NCBI RefSeq assembly: GCF_032062105.1
Contig: NW_026938446.1
Location: 62,001-126,000, forward strand
Direction: 5' to 3'
Origin: Saccostrea cucullata
Lineage: Eukaryota
Length of the DNA: 64,000 nt
Position 1 is the stretch's first letter. Every line of letters begins with the position of its first letter. The position numbers and the translations under genes were made by a program. The notes beneath the pieces were generated by a model, which made no database searches, was not told where the DNA came from, and saw only the letters and a program-made list of their open reading frames with translations. Positions 1 to 10,917 of this stretch are shown here, one piece after another.

Positions 1-138
1 TTTGCAATTCCATATCTATATACCAATCATTTTAACTGTCCGTATTCTGGAATTACGACCTTGATTAAAATAGGAACCACATGATTTCTTATCTTCCTTA
101 CACAAACCTACAAGCATGGTCATACACGTGAGTACAAA

Positions 139-144
139 TATAAA
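139..144 (+). promoter_or_regulatory. TATA box of Cys-rich precursor gene
   Basis: TATAAA ~70 nt upstream of the ATG at 212. Confidence 0.55.
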
Positions 145-211
145 GACGACTACTCACTTCTATTACAATTCTTTCTGTTCAGCCCTCCCAGAAGTCTTGC
201 TGATTTACGAG

Positions 212-2397
212 ATGCTAGCCTTCATTGTGGTGGTTGTTTTCTCCGTTGCAAATGCTGAACATGGTAAGAGGCATAAAGTTAGACAGAGAATCAAAATCTA
301 ATAACAATTTAAAGAGCTGACTATTCTTGTCTTTAAAACTTCCTACTTTTAATTAAGTTATTTTTTTAAAAAAGCCAAAAACGGATCTGTCTTTATTCCA
401 TGATTAGTGTTGCATTGATTGTAAAAAAAGAACATTGTTGTATTGAAAAATAATCCATACAAACTTTATTTCCTGGACTGGGCGACAATGGAAACAAAAA
501 ATGTTTTGTTTCAAATAGTTAAAAGGTAAGCCTTTTTTCCATAATACATATATAAACCAAACTACACAATTGCAGGATGTAACTTTGATGGCAGGGAGTA
601 CTCAGTGGGACAACAGGTCGTCATCCAGCACTGTCTCGGCGCCATGACATGTAAAGGAAACGATCTCTGGGACGACCTTCAACAATGGGGGTAAAATTAA
701 ATTCAGCAAAGCTATTGGAAAAAAAGTATTCTTACTGAATAGCACTGAAATTATCAGTCTTTTGGATTTTTTTTTAAATTTTGAAATTTAAATATATGCT
801 AATTTTGAAAAAAAAAGGATTATCATTTATGGTAACAAACTTAATAATTCTGAAATCAATTGATTTCCGTGGATTTTAAAAGAGATGAAAATGAAAAAAA
901 AAATTGATGTTCACAACAGGCGAAACCAGACTTGAAGCACTTACATTTAGAACAAGAAGTTATAGAGACAATAACATTGAAATCGTTCATATTTTCTAAA
1001 TATGATTTACTTTATAGGGGCATCTGTCCAGATAAAAGATCAGACGATGGCCAAAGTAAGTGACTGGTGGAAGTTTTGAGAGCCATTAGAAGCAAATAAA
1101 TGCATATATAATGTTGTATTTTCTACTTATTGTAGCAAAAAGGCACCCCATTAACTTTTGACCTTTTTTTTCAAAATACATGTATTTCCCTGTTCTCTTT
1201 CAAATCGGATTCCCCTTGGACTATAACACTGACTTAATACCGTTGAAAACAGCAATAAATGATCAATTACAATCACGTTCTAAAAATCTAGAACTAATGC
1301 TTTTTTCGCTGTAGCTGGGTGTCTCTTTGATGGACATGTTTATCAAAAAATGGACAAAGTCGTCTTCGGTGGGTGTCTCGGAGAAATGACATGCTTGGGT
1401 CACAATCTCTACACAAGTATTACACCATTGTTGTAAGTTCTGGCACATTATATTCATTTCTAAATCATATCAAAGTATTTATCAAATCTCAGCTGTGAGT
1501 TTTAATTCGTTGAAATACATGTAACAACTTCTTGGGATATTTCCAGCGGCGATTGTTCCAAGACCATGACAAGACGATCTGAGGACGGGCAGAGTAAGTA
1601 TATTTCGATTTACAACAAGAGAACAAGGAATTTGTATGCGTAACATTGCCTTCCAATTGTCTTCTTTTTGATTTCACTTTCGAAAATTTATGTTAACTGT
1701 CTCAAGTTCATTGAGAGCAATTCTTTTACAGGTGGGTGTTTGTTTGATGGGCGTGTCTATTCCACTGGGGAGGAGATTCTTATCAAACCATGCCTTGCAA
1801 AAATGACCTGTTTGGGGAAAAATAACCTCAGCAACATTACACCATTATAGTAAGATTCTATATGTCAATGTATATGTTTTGATTTTTAGTATTTGTCAGA
1901 ATCTGTGAGCATTTTTAAAGGAAATATGCTTGTTTAATTGAAAATAATAATAAATCTGAGCAATGTGATTATAAAATTCCAAGAAACATTCAGATAATTT
2001 GTTAACCACATGCACATGACCATTGATTATAGGACTACAAGCCCATATCTTCATCTCATCCAATTGCACATTCTTGTAAATTCTATTTGTTCATATGATT
2101 CAACTCTTTATTTTCAAAAGAATAAAACACGTACTTGTCTATAATTTCAGTGGAAACTGTGACGCCAAACGAACTGTAAATGGACAGGGTAATATAGTTT
2201 AACCGTATACTTGTAGATTTCTTTTTGTCTGCTTGTTCTTTGGGTTACATTACTTTAGCTTTTTTTCTATTTTATGTACAGATGGATGTCTTTATGACGG
2301 TATGGTCCTAAAAGCTGGCGAGACCATCACCATTCAGGGAACAACAACAGAACTCATGTGTCTTGGACACAACTTATATAAAGAATTCATTCATTAA
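212..2397 (+). CDS. Secreted Cys-rich multi-module precursor (213 aa): signal peptide plus 4 VWC/Fn1-like repeats separated by dibasic sites
   Basis: 8 exons with GT-AG introns and continuous frame: 212-263, 576-690, 1018-1055, 1315-1432, 1547-1593, 1732-1849, 2151-2188, 2282-2397 (642 nt). Protein: MLAFIVVVVFSVANA-EHGCNFDGREYSVGQQVVIQHCLGAMTCKGNDLWDDLQQWGGICPDKR-SDDGQTGCLFDGHVYQKMDKVVFGGCLGEMTCLGHNLYTSITPLFGDCSKTMTRR-SEDGQSGCLFDGRVYSTGEEILIKPCLAKMTCLGKNNLSNITPLYGNCDAKR-TVNGQDGCLYDGMVLKAGETITIQGTTTELMCLGHNLYKEFIH*. Confidence 0.88.
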
Positions 2398-2489
2398 GGT
2401 ACACTGTTACATGTAATAATTGAAAGAAACAGAATATGGACAAAATTTACCTCTGGCAAATGCAATAATCCTTCTTTGTTTCTTTTCAG

Positions 2490-2576
2490 AAATTGTGAGC
2501 AAATGAAGTATCATACATACCGGTATTTCATCGATCAAATATTTTTTATATTTTGTCATTATGACTTTAAAATAAA
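2490..2576 (+). other. Terminal 3'-UTR exon (vestigial small-exon homolog) with polyA signal
   Basis: Donor GT at 2399 one base after the stop; acceptor ttcttttcag ending 2489; AATAAA at 2571-2576; exon also present in both pseudogene copies. Confidence 0.55.
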
Positions 2577-3173
2577 TTACTTGTTTATCTCATATAAATA
2601 TTTCACGTTTTTTTTTTTTCAACTAAAATAAGCACTAAGTCTTTTGATCAATTTGTCATTATTTCCCATCGTTCCACAGACGCTTGTGGACACCCGCCCC
2701 TGGGTCCAAAATATATTTTTATTAATCTTCTTTCATTTTCTAGTACACATTTACATTGTATTCCACATGAAAAATCAAAAAATAACGTTGAGTTAAAGTT
2801 TTATTAAAAAATCATATCCACGGTATCTTTGGATCCAGGATGTATATTCGGGGGGATGGGGGTGTTCCTGTCCCTGGCTTGTATCACGTATACTTTCTGT
2901 TCGTAACGATCATACCAAGTACAAATTAGGAATGTAGATGTTGACAGCGACTCCAAAAGATGGAGGGGGGGGGGGGGGTAAGCGAACATATACTTTAATA
3001 AGCTTGGGGAAAATGTTTAAAAAGTGTAATCAGGCTATTGTTATTACCTAAGGAGGGATAACAAACTATATTTTAAATCCTCCTGCTAAGGACCATATTT
3101 CAACTTAATCAACGAGAGAATAAAAATCTCAGTTGGTAGGCTGCTAGTCAAACATCACATGACAAATGTTTAA

Positions 3174-4522
3174 AGGGGGAGGAAATAAGCACCTCCTTCA
3201 AATTTACCTGGTTTTAGAACCTCTGTCAATCATCTGAAATTAAGCCTGCGATTGGATACTTTGATTTGATTGACATTTAGTTTGCTGCTGTTGTGTATAT
3301 CTTGTGTACCTTGTCTGGAGATCGAACCGACCATCGAATTAACTTTCAGACTTTTGATGCCTACTGCACTGTATGCCAACGTGATAAAGAAGCAATCAAA
3401 TCGTTCTTTTCTTTTTTAATTCATAAGAATATGCCATGAATATAATCAATCTATCAAATAATTGAATAAATAACAAGAAAATCATGGCTATATAATATAT
3501 ATTATAAAATTAATTTTAAAAGGGAGGATTTCGTATCACGATTACAATCGATAATTTTAATTTCCGTGTCAAAACATGAGTTAATGTACATTTATTCCTC
3601 CATTAATTAACAAAATAAACCGACCTGCGTTTGAAGCTAGTATCATGGAATTAAATAAAATTATTTTTTAAAACAAGTATGACAACATTGTAACATTGTT
3701 CATGAGTCAAGCGAATTTATATTTATAAGACAAACTTGCTGTACGTGTCACTTTTCTTCGAGGCATAGTGACGAAGTTACGGTATAATAATAAGTTTTAG
3801 AAGAGAAATCACTCGGAATATAACATCTTGCTTTGGATTTTTAATGTTTGAAATTAATAATGAATTCCGAAAGAAAAAAAAGATGCAGATGATTCTTTTC
3901 CCGTTTCATAGCTGTCGGGGAATCAACCCCAACCATGCGTTATGGAAAAATCAAGTAGGGTTTATCTTAAAAAGATATTTATTTAGACAATAATATTTCT
4001 ACTTAACATTTTATTCTCAAAACATCGATTCTAAGTTTCATTCTCATTTACGTAGAGACTGTTTTATGATTCACTTTCTTCTTTCGATTTGCGTAGACGA
4101 CGTGTAATTTGAATTATTTACTTCCCTTTTTGTCGCCAGATTACAACGACAGATTTTGATGCTAAATGTATTTTCGTTATTACACTTCATTAAGAAACAT
4201 ACTGTATGTAAAAAAAAATGTCGAATTATTAAAAATATTAATTATTTTAAAAGAAAGAAATAGAGAAGGATTCTGTCTGCAACAAAAAATGCTTTATTTC
4301 GCATTTCAATTCATGAGCTAAACATGAAAAAAACCGGCCTCGGTTTACAAAGTCGTAGGAAAACACATACAGGTAATACACTCAGGGTCTCAGGTAACAT
4401 CCTGTGTATATAGGTAGTATACACAAACCAGCGTCGTTCCCTCGGGGCTTCTCAGCCGCTTCGATTAAGCTCCACCCACCAAACTTACCTGAGGAAAACC
4501 GTACGGTTGAAAACCTCGGCCT
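3174..4522. mobile_element. Non-autonomous TTAA-associated DNA transposon (Kolobok-like), ~1.35 kb, copy 1
   Basis: Highly similar to 40344-41717; ends AGGGGGAGG...CCTCGGCCT; follows TTAA; interrupts a promoter block that is contiguous in the paralogs at ~13830, ~18595 and ~25105. Confidence 0.8.
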
Positions 4523-4819
4523 GACGAAATCTATAAGCACATCATATATATAAACTCAAAATTAAAAACATTAACTCCCCTGTCGTGTTAGTGCGTTTAA
4601 TCATTTCACATTCGCTTTTCTGTTACTCGGTTGTATTATTATTTTAAGTTGGATTTTTTGATAGAAGACGTTTTTTCTCCTTTCATCTCAGTCATTATAC
4701 TTAAACAATGAACAATTTATATTTCACTGTATGACATGTTTATGTTTTGATTTATTTGATAATTTTTTTTTTTTGGTGACACGACACTAGCACCTGCATT
4801 ATTCTGCTATCTAAAGTCA

Positions 4820-4826
4820 TATAAAA
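4820..4826 (+). promoter_or_regulatory. TATA box of C1qDC gene A
   Basis: TATAAAAGAGAC, conserved at the same position upstream of genes C (18815) and D (25401). Confidence 0.7.
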
Positions 4827-4884
4827 GAGACCTGGGAAAATGATACTGGTTTAAAAGGCATAAAAAGCTAGTAAGTGAACGACC

Positions 4885-7800
4885 ATGTTTCAATCACTGA
4901 AACTCGCTTGCTTCATTGTCATTTCTTTCATTGGAAATGAAAGTGCCGCCTTCCTCTTGGACGGACACGCAAACCCGTCCTCTGCAAGCAGTCAAGGCGT
5001 TGGTACCTACAATATTTACGACAAGATAGATGCCATAGAAAGAGAGCTGGATGAATGTAATGTCACTCTAACAGAGAAAGTCCGTGACCTTGAAATGAGC
5101 ACTCAGAAAAAGATACACGACATGGAGACGATGATGCGACAAGTTTTGCTTACAGTTAATCAGATGGATGTCAAACTGGAAAACAGCGATGTTTACAACA
5201 CGAGTCTTGAAATTGAAAGACTAAAGAAAGTAGTCTCCAATGACCTAAAAAATTCAACAGGTAAATATTACGGCCTGCATGTGCTTGTTTTCTACTAATT
5301 TAGTGTTAATTGCAGAAATCTTAGAGGTTACGTATTAATAGTAGTGGAAATAGAGTTTTACGGTGGGACTGTCTCCTTACTCCTACTAACCTAATATTTA
5401 AAAAAAAACTGTTAACAAAAAATTATTCCATAATGTTTATAGTTTTCTGAAATGAATAACGGTCTTGTAGAGTAGGCTTTCCCCCGTAAAATCTCTCTCC
5501 CCCCCCGGAAAACTGACTCTAGAGTAGAATCCCCCCCCCCCTCGGAAAACTGGCTCCAGAGTAGGATTTTGGCAAAGGAGTATATCTTAATTAGAGTTAA
5601 AGTTTAACTTTGCATTTCGTTTCGCTTAATTTTTTTTTTAAAAACATTACGACGTTTTCAATATTTATTAACAGTTTTCCTTAATGTTTTTCTAAACGGC
5701 TGTAGATATTGAACTAATTTTTGGTAGATTAATAAGGGTGGTTACAGAAAGGTGGAAATTTTAACATTACAGTAAGTTTACAATTTCTAAATATTTTATA
5801 GTAAGTTTATTGTTATTATTTTTTCAACAAGATCTTATTCACTGATGTTAATGCGAATGGGACTGGGCAGCAGGCTCAGGCTCAGCCTATTTTAATCCTC
5901 CCTTGGAGAGTTTTTTTTATTATAATCATTTACAACCAAATAGGTCAAAAAATGTATTCCAATCCATAGACGTCGCGCACGATGTTGGTGTCAAGAGGTC
6001 AAAAATTACTACTGCGGCGGCATTTGCCCTATTTTCATAATTTTAAAACAATTCACCATATGAAAACTGTATATCATTCGGTCGGTAATTGTATACTTAA
6101 TACATTTTAACAAAAATATTCTTCAAAAAATTCCATTTATCGAATATATTAATTCGTTTATTCAGACAATTACGTCAAAAAACGCATGTAGACGGGTAAC
6201 AGGAGCGTCGCACATGCAATAACAAAATATTGATAACTTCAATAAAACAAACAATACAAGCATGAAATTTGGAAGAAAAATTCAAAATATGATGTAAATG
6301 ATGTAAATTCTAGCAATTGTGATGTTATTCAATCCGTATGTTCCGAACGCGTCGCTCAAAATCCAAAACAGAGGTGTAGACGCGCGTAAATCGGCGAAAT
6401 ATGGGATACACATAAAAAGTCTTCGGTGACTTAAAAAAATAATTTCATGAGCTTAATCAATTTTGAAATTACATCTCAATAATCCTTTTTGTGTGCAAGG
6501 AAGTATATTTTAAATTAGACTGATCGTTTGTGTGGATATGTATGTTGGTTTTCTGCTATTAAGCCGATTAATTTTGAATATATGGAATAAGATGGTGTGT
6601 CACAAAGTTTGGACGTTCAATGTCACAAAGTTTTTAAGATTCATAAAATCCCCAATGCTGGGTGAAAAATTAATGTTGAAATTTGTTTTAAATTCTACAA
6701 AATGTTGCCATGTTATTAAGGAAAAGATCTCTAGACAGAATTTTAACTTGCGGCATTTTAAATTTGGATAATAATTGCCATGTCACATATATGTACAACA
6801 CGTAGCTATATATGTCACAATTGAATTTTACGGCAAAAACGTCACATTTTAATGCTACACTCCATGAATTACTTTCATGTTAAGAATGAATTTTTCTAAT
6901 TTGCTGCAAAACAACATTTATTACTAAATGTGCAAAATCAAAACTTTACTTAGATATGAAAATGAATTGATTCTAGAGGGTTTTTACAAAGTCAACAATA
7001 AATGTCACACATTGCCCAAAAGTAATAAATCTAACTATAATTGCATAAATGTTGTGACATAAATCGTATAAGTATTCATTAAAAATAGAAATATTGAAAA
7101 TTAGAGGATTTTTATGAAATGTGCATCTCTTCAAAAAGTTATTAGTATATTCCAAATTAATTTCAATGGAATGGTGACAAAATCCTACCAAAAAATAAAA
7201 GTCAACATGTTATGTCACAGACGTAAAAATATGGCGTTTTGGCGTACGTTATTAAGTTCAGTGCATAAAATGTAATCTAAAACGTCAAAAGATTTTTTTC
7301 TCTCCAAAATTTTACTCTTATTGCTAATGAGCCTGATATGGATAAAAGAAAACTACACCAATCATTATTAATTTTAAGAATAGTTTTAAGTTTTGACAGT
7401 TGTATTTATATATAAAAGCAAAACATGTACACTGTATACTAGTACACTGTATCAGTATATATCCTTGTCAAAAATCTGTACAAAAGTACCATTCAGAGTT
7501 CGAATTAAGACACCAGAATAAAATCAATCAAACCAAAATTTATGTAAGGGTGTGATTTTAAATTGAATTACCTGACAGATAAGTGGGTCAACTCTATTTG
7601 ATGCTGGCGTAAACTGTTCTATACATGGCGAGTTTACATTGAATAGTCTAATATTGAATAAGGGTTAGGGGTGTTGGAAGTTGTGATGTAGATAAAGTAT
7701 CATGTTTTCACTTCATAATTTGAAAATTAGTTTTTTTTGTCATTAACCCGGTAGCATCGTATGAAATAAAACGAAGTTGTATTTCATCATGTTAAAAAAG

Positions 7801-10272
7801 AAGTAGGTGTTTACATTCGAAATTGACGACATTTTGAAACAGGTTATGGCGAGATCAAGTTTATTGCATTATTTCTTTGAATAAAAATAGTTTTCATTAA
7901 TATATTTGGTCATAAGCTAGTGACGTAGCTAGCATCGTTTTTGAAAGGTAGAGGGGTGCAGCAGGAGAAAAAAATTACTTACCGGAAAAAAGTTGTCAAG
8001 CCAAAAAAAGGAAAATTTGTTTGCACAATCTCGAAAATCCTATTTCCTTTGGGGAAGGGGGGGGGGGGTAGGCGAACTTCTTTCAACGCGCAACGCAAAC
8101 TTCTTTCAGTATCAAATTTTCTTTTCTTCATACAATTACTACATTACCCTTATATTACTTTACTTTTGCCAAAAAGGGAGGGGGGGGGCAACCAGCCTTT
8201 CAATGAACATTTCAATAGTAAAAGTTATGTTTAAAAAATTGGGGGGGGGGGGGCACGCCCCCTTGCTACGTGCCTGTAAACAATGTCCTTCCTTTTTCAT
8301 AATTTATTGAGTAATGTTTCAATTTTTCTTATTTTTTTTAAATGCTTCTTAGCTCATTTAAACCGACCAAAATGGTACTAAGTAACCATTCATTTAATCA
8401 AGATCTAGTTTATCTCCATATCCTTCATATATGGGAAAGGATAATGGCTATATACAATCTTCTTAATCTGATTAAAATCTGACCCCGCCGGCACCAAAAT
8501 TCCTCAACATCAACATCAATTAATTATTTAAAACTGAATCTTGATGAAAGCATACAAAAAACGCTCCTTGAATCACTCTTTACTTCCATTTATAAGTATG
8601 AAAAAGGCATACAATCACAAAAAGCAGGTAAACTGCATTGATAACCAAAGGAGTATGAAACCTACAATCGTTGATCTGTGTGCTAGACACATACGTTGCA
8701 ACGCATGTAAAAAGGGGGGATGAAAAGGGGAGAGAAAACTGAAATATTTTTCGAATAAATACAACTGACGCCTCTAAACTGCACTTCATCGAAAATTCTT
8801 TTCATGGACAAGTTAAAATGAGGGAGGGGTCAATTCTCAGATTCGATTCCTCTCCTTTTTTAAATTGAATTATTTGAAATATTTAGATCTACTGTTAGAT
8901 ACAGGTACTCGGTATGTAAGGGTCTGAGTGATGGTGGGGGTTAAAGATGGGATGGAAATAGGGACTTTGAAAGAAAAAAAAATTTCAATGTTAAATCAGC
9001 AACATATCTACATGCAACCATACAATTTACTGAAAACAAAGGACAGGTTCTAGCGCCTACTGATATGATATGGAATTGTTTTGAATTTATCTCAATTAAA
9101 TAAAAAGCATGTAAATTTAAAATGCGATGTCGTTTAAGTTTTATTATTCCTACCAAGCTTTTTAAGCAAATTATGCCTATATTTCATAGATTCCGCAATA
9201 CTATGCTTGCAAAAGGGCAGAGATTTTAATTACATGCATATATTTTCAATGACCTGCATTATATAATTGGCGGCATTACTGGGTTTGTTTTTTCCTTCAT
9301 AAAAAATGTTAGCAAAAAAGTAACGTCAAATTAATTTTCTAGAACTTCACTAAAATAACGTCATTTTGACGTTACCGAAAATGACACCAACACCGTGCGC
9401 AACGTCATAATATTTTCGAGAATATTAACAATTCGTTTGAAAGCTATATATTTTGGTTGATTCCATGATTTGAAATATACGTTCAGAAAATTCTTACAAT
9501 ATAAGTCGAGAAGAACTCTCATTTAGCTTTTAAAGATCAGTTAATCGTTTATCCTTTTTTCACAAAAATATTGCGGCTGTGGTTTATATTGACTCTATAA
9601 CGAGGGGTGAAATCCTACTATGAGAAAGAAAGAGGGGAAATTTGGCTCTGGTGTGAGATTTCCCCCCGAGGGGAAATCCTACTCTAGAGTACGATTTCTG
9701 GGGGGAAAGCTGGCTATGGGGAAATCCTACTCTACAACACCGGTACGCTATTAAGTCTTTTATACATATTTTGCTTACATTTTTGTTTACAGTGCGATAT
9801 ATTCTTCTTAAGTAATTTTTGACGTTGTAAAGGGTCAGTGTTAATTACACAAATTTAATATATATGATAAATCAACGTTTTCATTTAAAAGACTATTTGA
9901 TATCTTTCAGATATCGGATTTACAGGTAAAATTGTCGGTACGTACAGCAGCACCTATGACGTCATCAAAGGTTATTCTCCCATGTTTAACTATGGGAATG
10001 CGTACAATGGATCAGTATTTACATGTCCCATCCAAGGATTGTATTTCTTCCATGTGTCAGTGTTATCTGATTCAAATACTAACGGTGCATGGATATACAA
10101 AAATACTCAACAACTAACACTTGCTTATGCTGGTGGAAGTCCTCAATACAATGGCGCATCTGCATCAGTGGTCATTAGGTTAAACATTGGCGATCAAGTG
10201 TACCTACGACCTTACGGCAGTTCACTCCATTTGGATGGTAGTTCTGCCTTCACTGGAGTCAAAATAAATTAA
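4885..10272 (+). CDS. C1q domain-containing protein A (signal peptide, coiled coil, globular C1q; 245 aa)
   Basis: Exon 1 4885-5260 (phase-1 donor acag|gtaa) and exon 2 9911-10272 (ttcag|atatc). C1q motifs [36 protein letters not shown]. Confidence 0.92.
5906..9520. mobile_element. Nested non-autonomous DNA element with GAGAG...CTCTC ends (Sola-like)
   Basis: Termini GAGAGTT/AACTCTC; subterminal inverted match 5969-5993 vs 9382-9406; no clear TSD. Confidence 0.5.
7918..8276 (-). mobile_element. ~360-bp MITE with poly-G/C tracts, same family as 15054-15420 in reverse orientation
   Basis: Ends TAGTGACGTAGC...GCTACGTGCCTG; 5-bp TSD TAAGC/TAAAC; internal sequence matches the reverse complement of 15054-15420. 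Confidence 0.75.
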
Positions 10273-10685
10273 CATTCATTCTTTAAAATCAAATATTAAA
10301 ATATCTTGTATTCATTTTAATGATGTATACGTAGAGTTTTAAAGATATATACTATTTAACCAAATCATTTCCGTTAGACCTGTTAATTGCAGATTTTCTG
10401 TAAAATTAATGTACCACAAATGTGAAACTCAAAGTATGAAATACTGAGTATTATTCACGAAGAATTAAAATGATGTATATTCATTTTCTAAATAAAGCAA
10501 ATTCTTTAATTCTGTCAATTTGAAGTAATATCGGGGAGCTGGAGGAGCTTTTGAAAGTTATGAGGAGCATTTTAAGTTCTTACTGATAAAATCGAACGTC
10601 GTTGAAATGTTTCTTTTATTCCGAAATATGGTCTTGTTCTGAAAATTTCCAGGCCATTTATTAACGTTCCAGAAAAACGTTAGAA

Positions 10686-10894
10686 CCGGTGTATATAGAC
10701 CAATAATGACGCCAATAAAATAATAATGACCGGGGGTCATTTTTGAACGGCCGGTCTTTATTCGAATGAATGAAGAATGACCCCCGGCGTCTCGAAGTTA
10801 AAAAATTACCCTTCAGCCCGTAGAAAAAGTGAAATCACTCTAAAAATCTGCATACCCCAGGTGAAGAGAAGACCCCAGTAGAATAATGACCCCT
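10686..10894. mobile_element. Truncated DNA-transposon end with ATGACCCC subterminal repeats
   Basis: Starts CCGGTGT like the 5459-9743 TIR; repeated GACCCC/GGGGTC motifs; abuts the truncation point of pseudogene copy 2. Confidence 0.4.
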
Positions 10895-10917
10895 TGTAGA
10901 TTAGAGACTAGGCAAAG

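Larger units (their letters stand above)
5459..9743. mobile_element. TA-flanked DNA transposon with ~26-bp TIRs and subterminal repeats (outer element of nest)
   Basis: Left (A)CGGTCTTGTAGAGTAGGCTTTCCCC vs right reverse complement CCGGTGTTGTAGAGTAGGATTTCCCC; TA on both sides; repeated AGAGTAG(G/A)AT motifs near both ends. Confidence 0.7.

Noticed and set aside
116-301. ORF-track 61-aa ORF as a standalone gene
   Set aside because: Only 212-263 is coding (exon 1 of the spliced precursor); the rest is UTR or intron read-through
7941-8310. 97- and 105-aa ORFs
   Set aside because: They lie within a MITE with homopolymer tracts and show no protein-like motif
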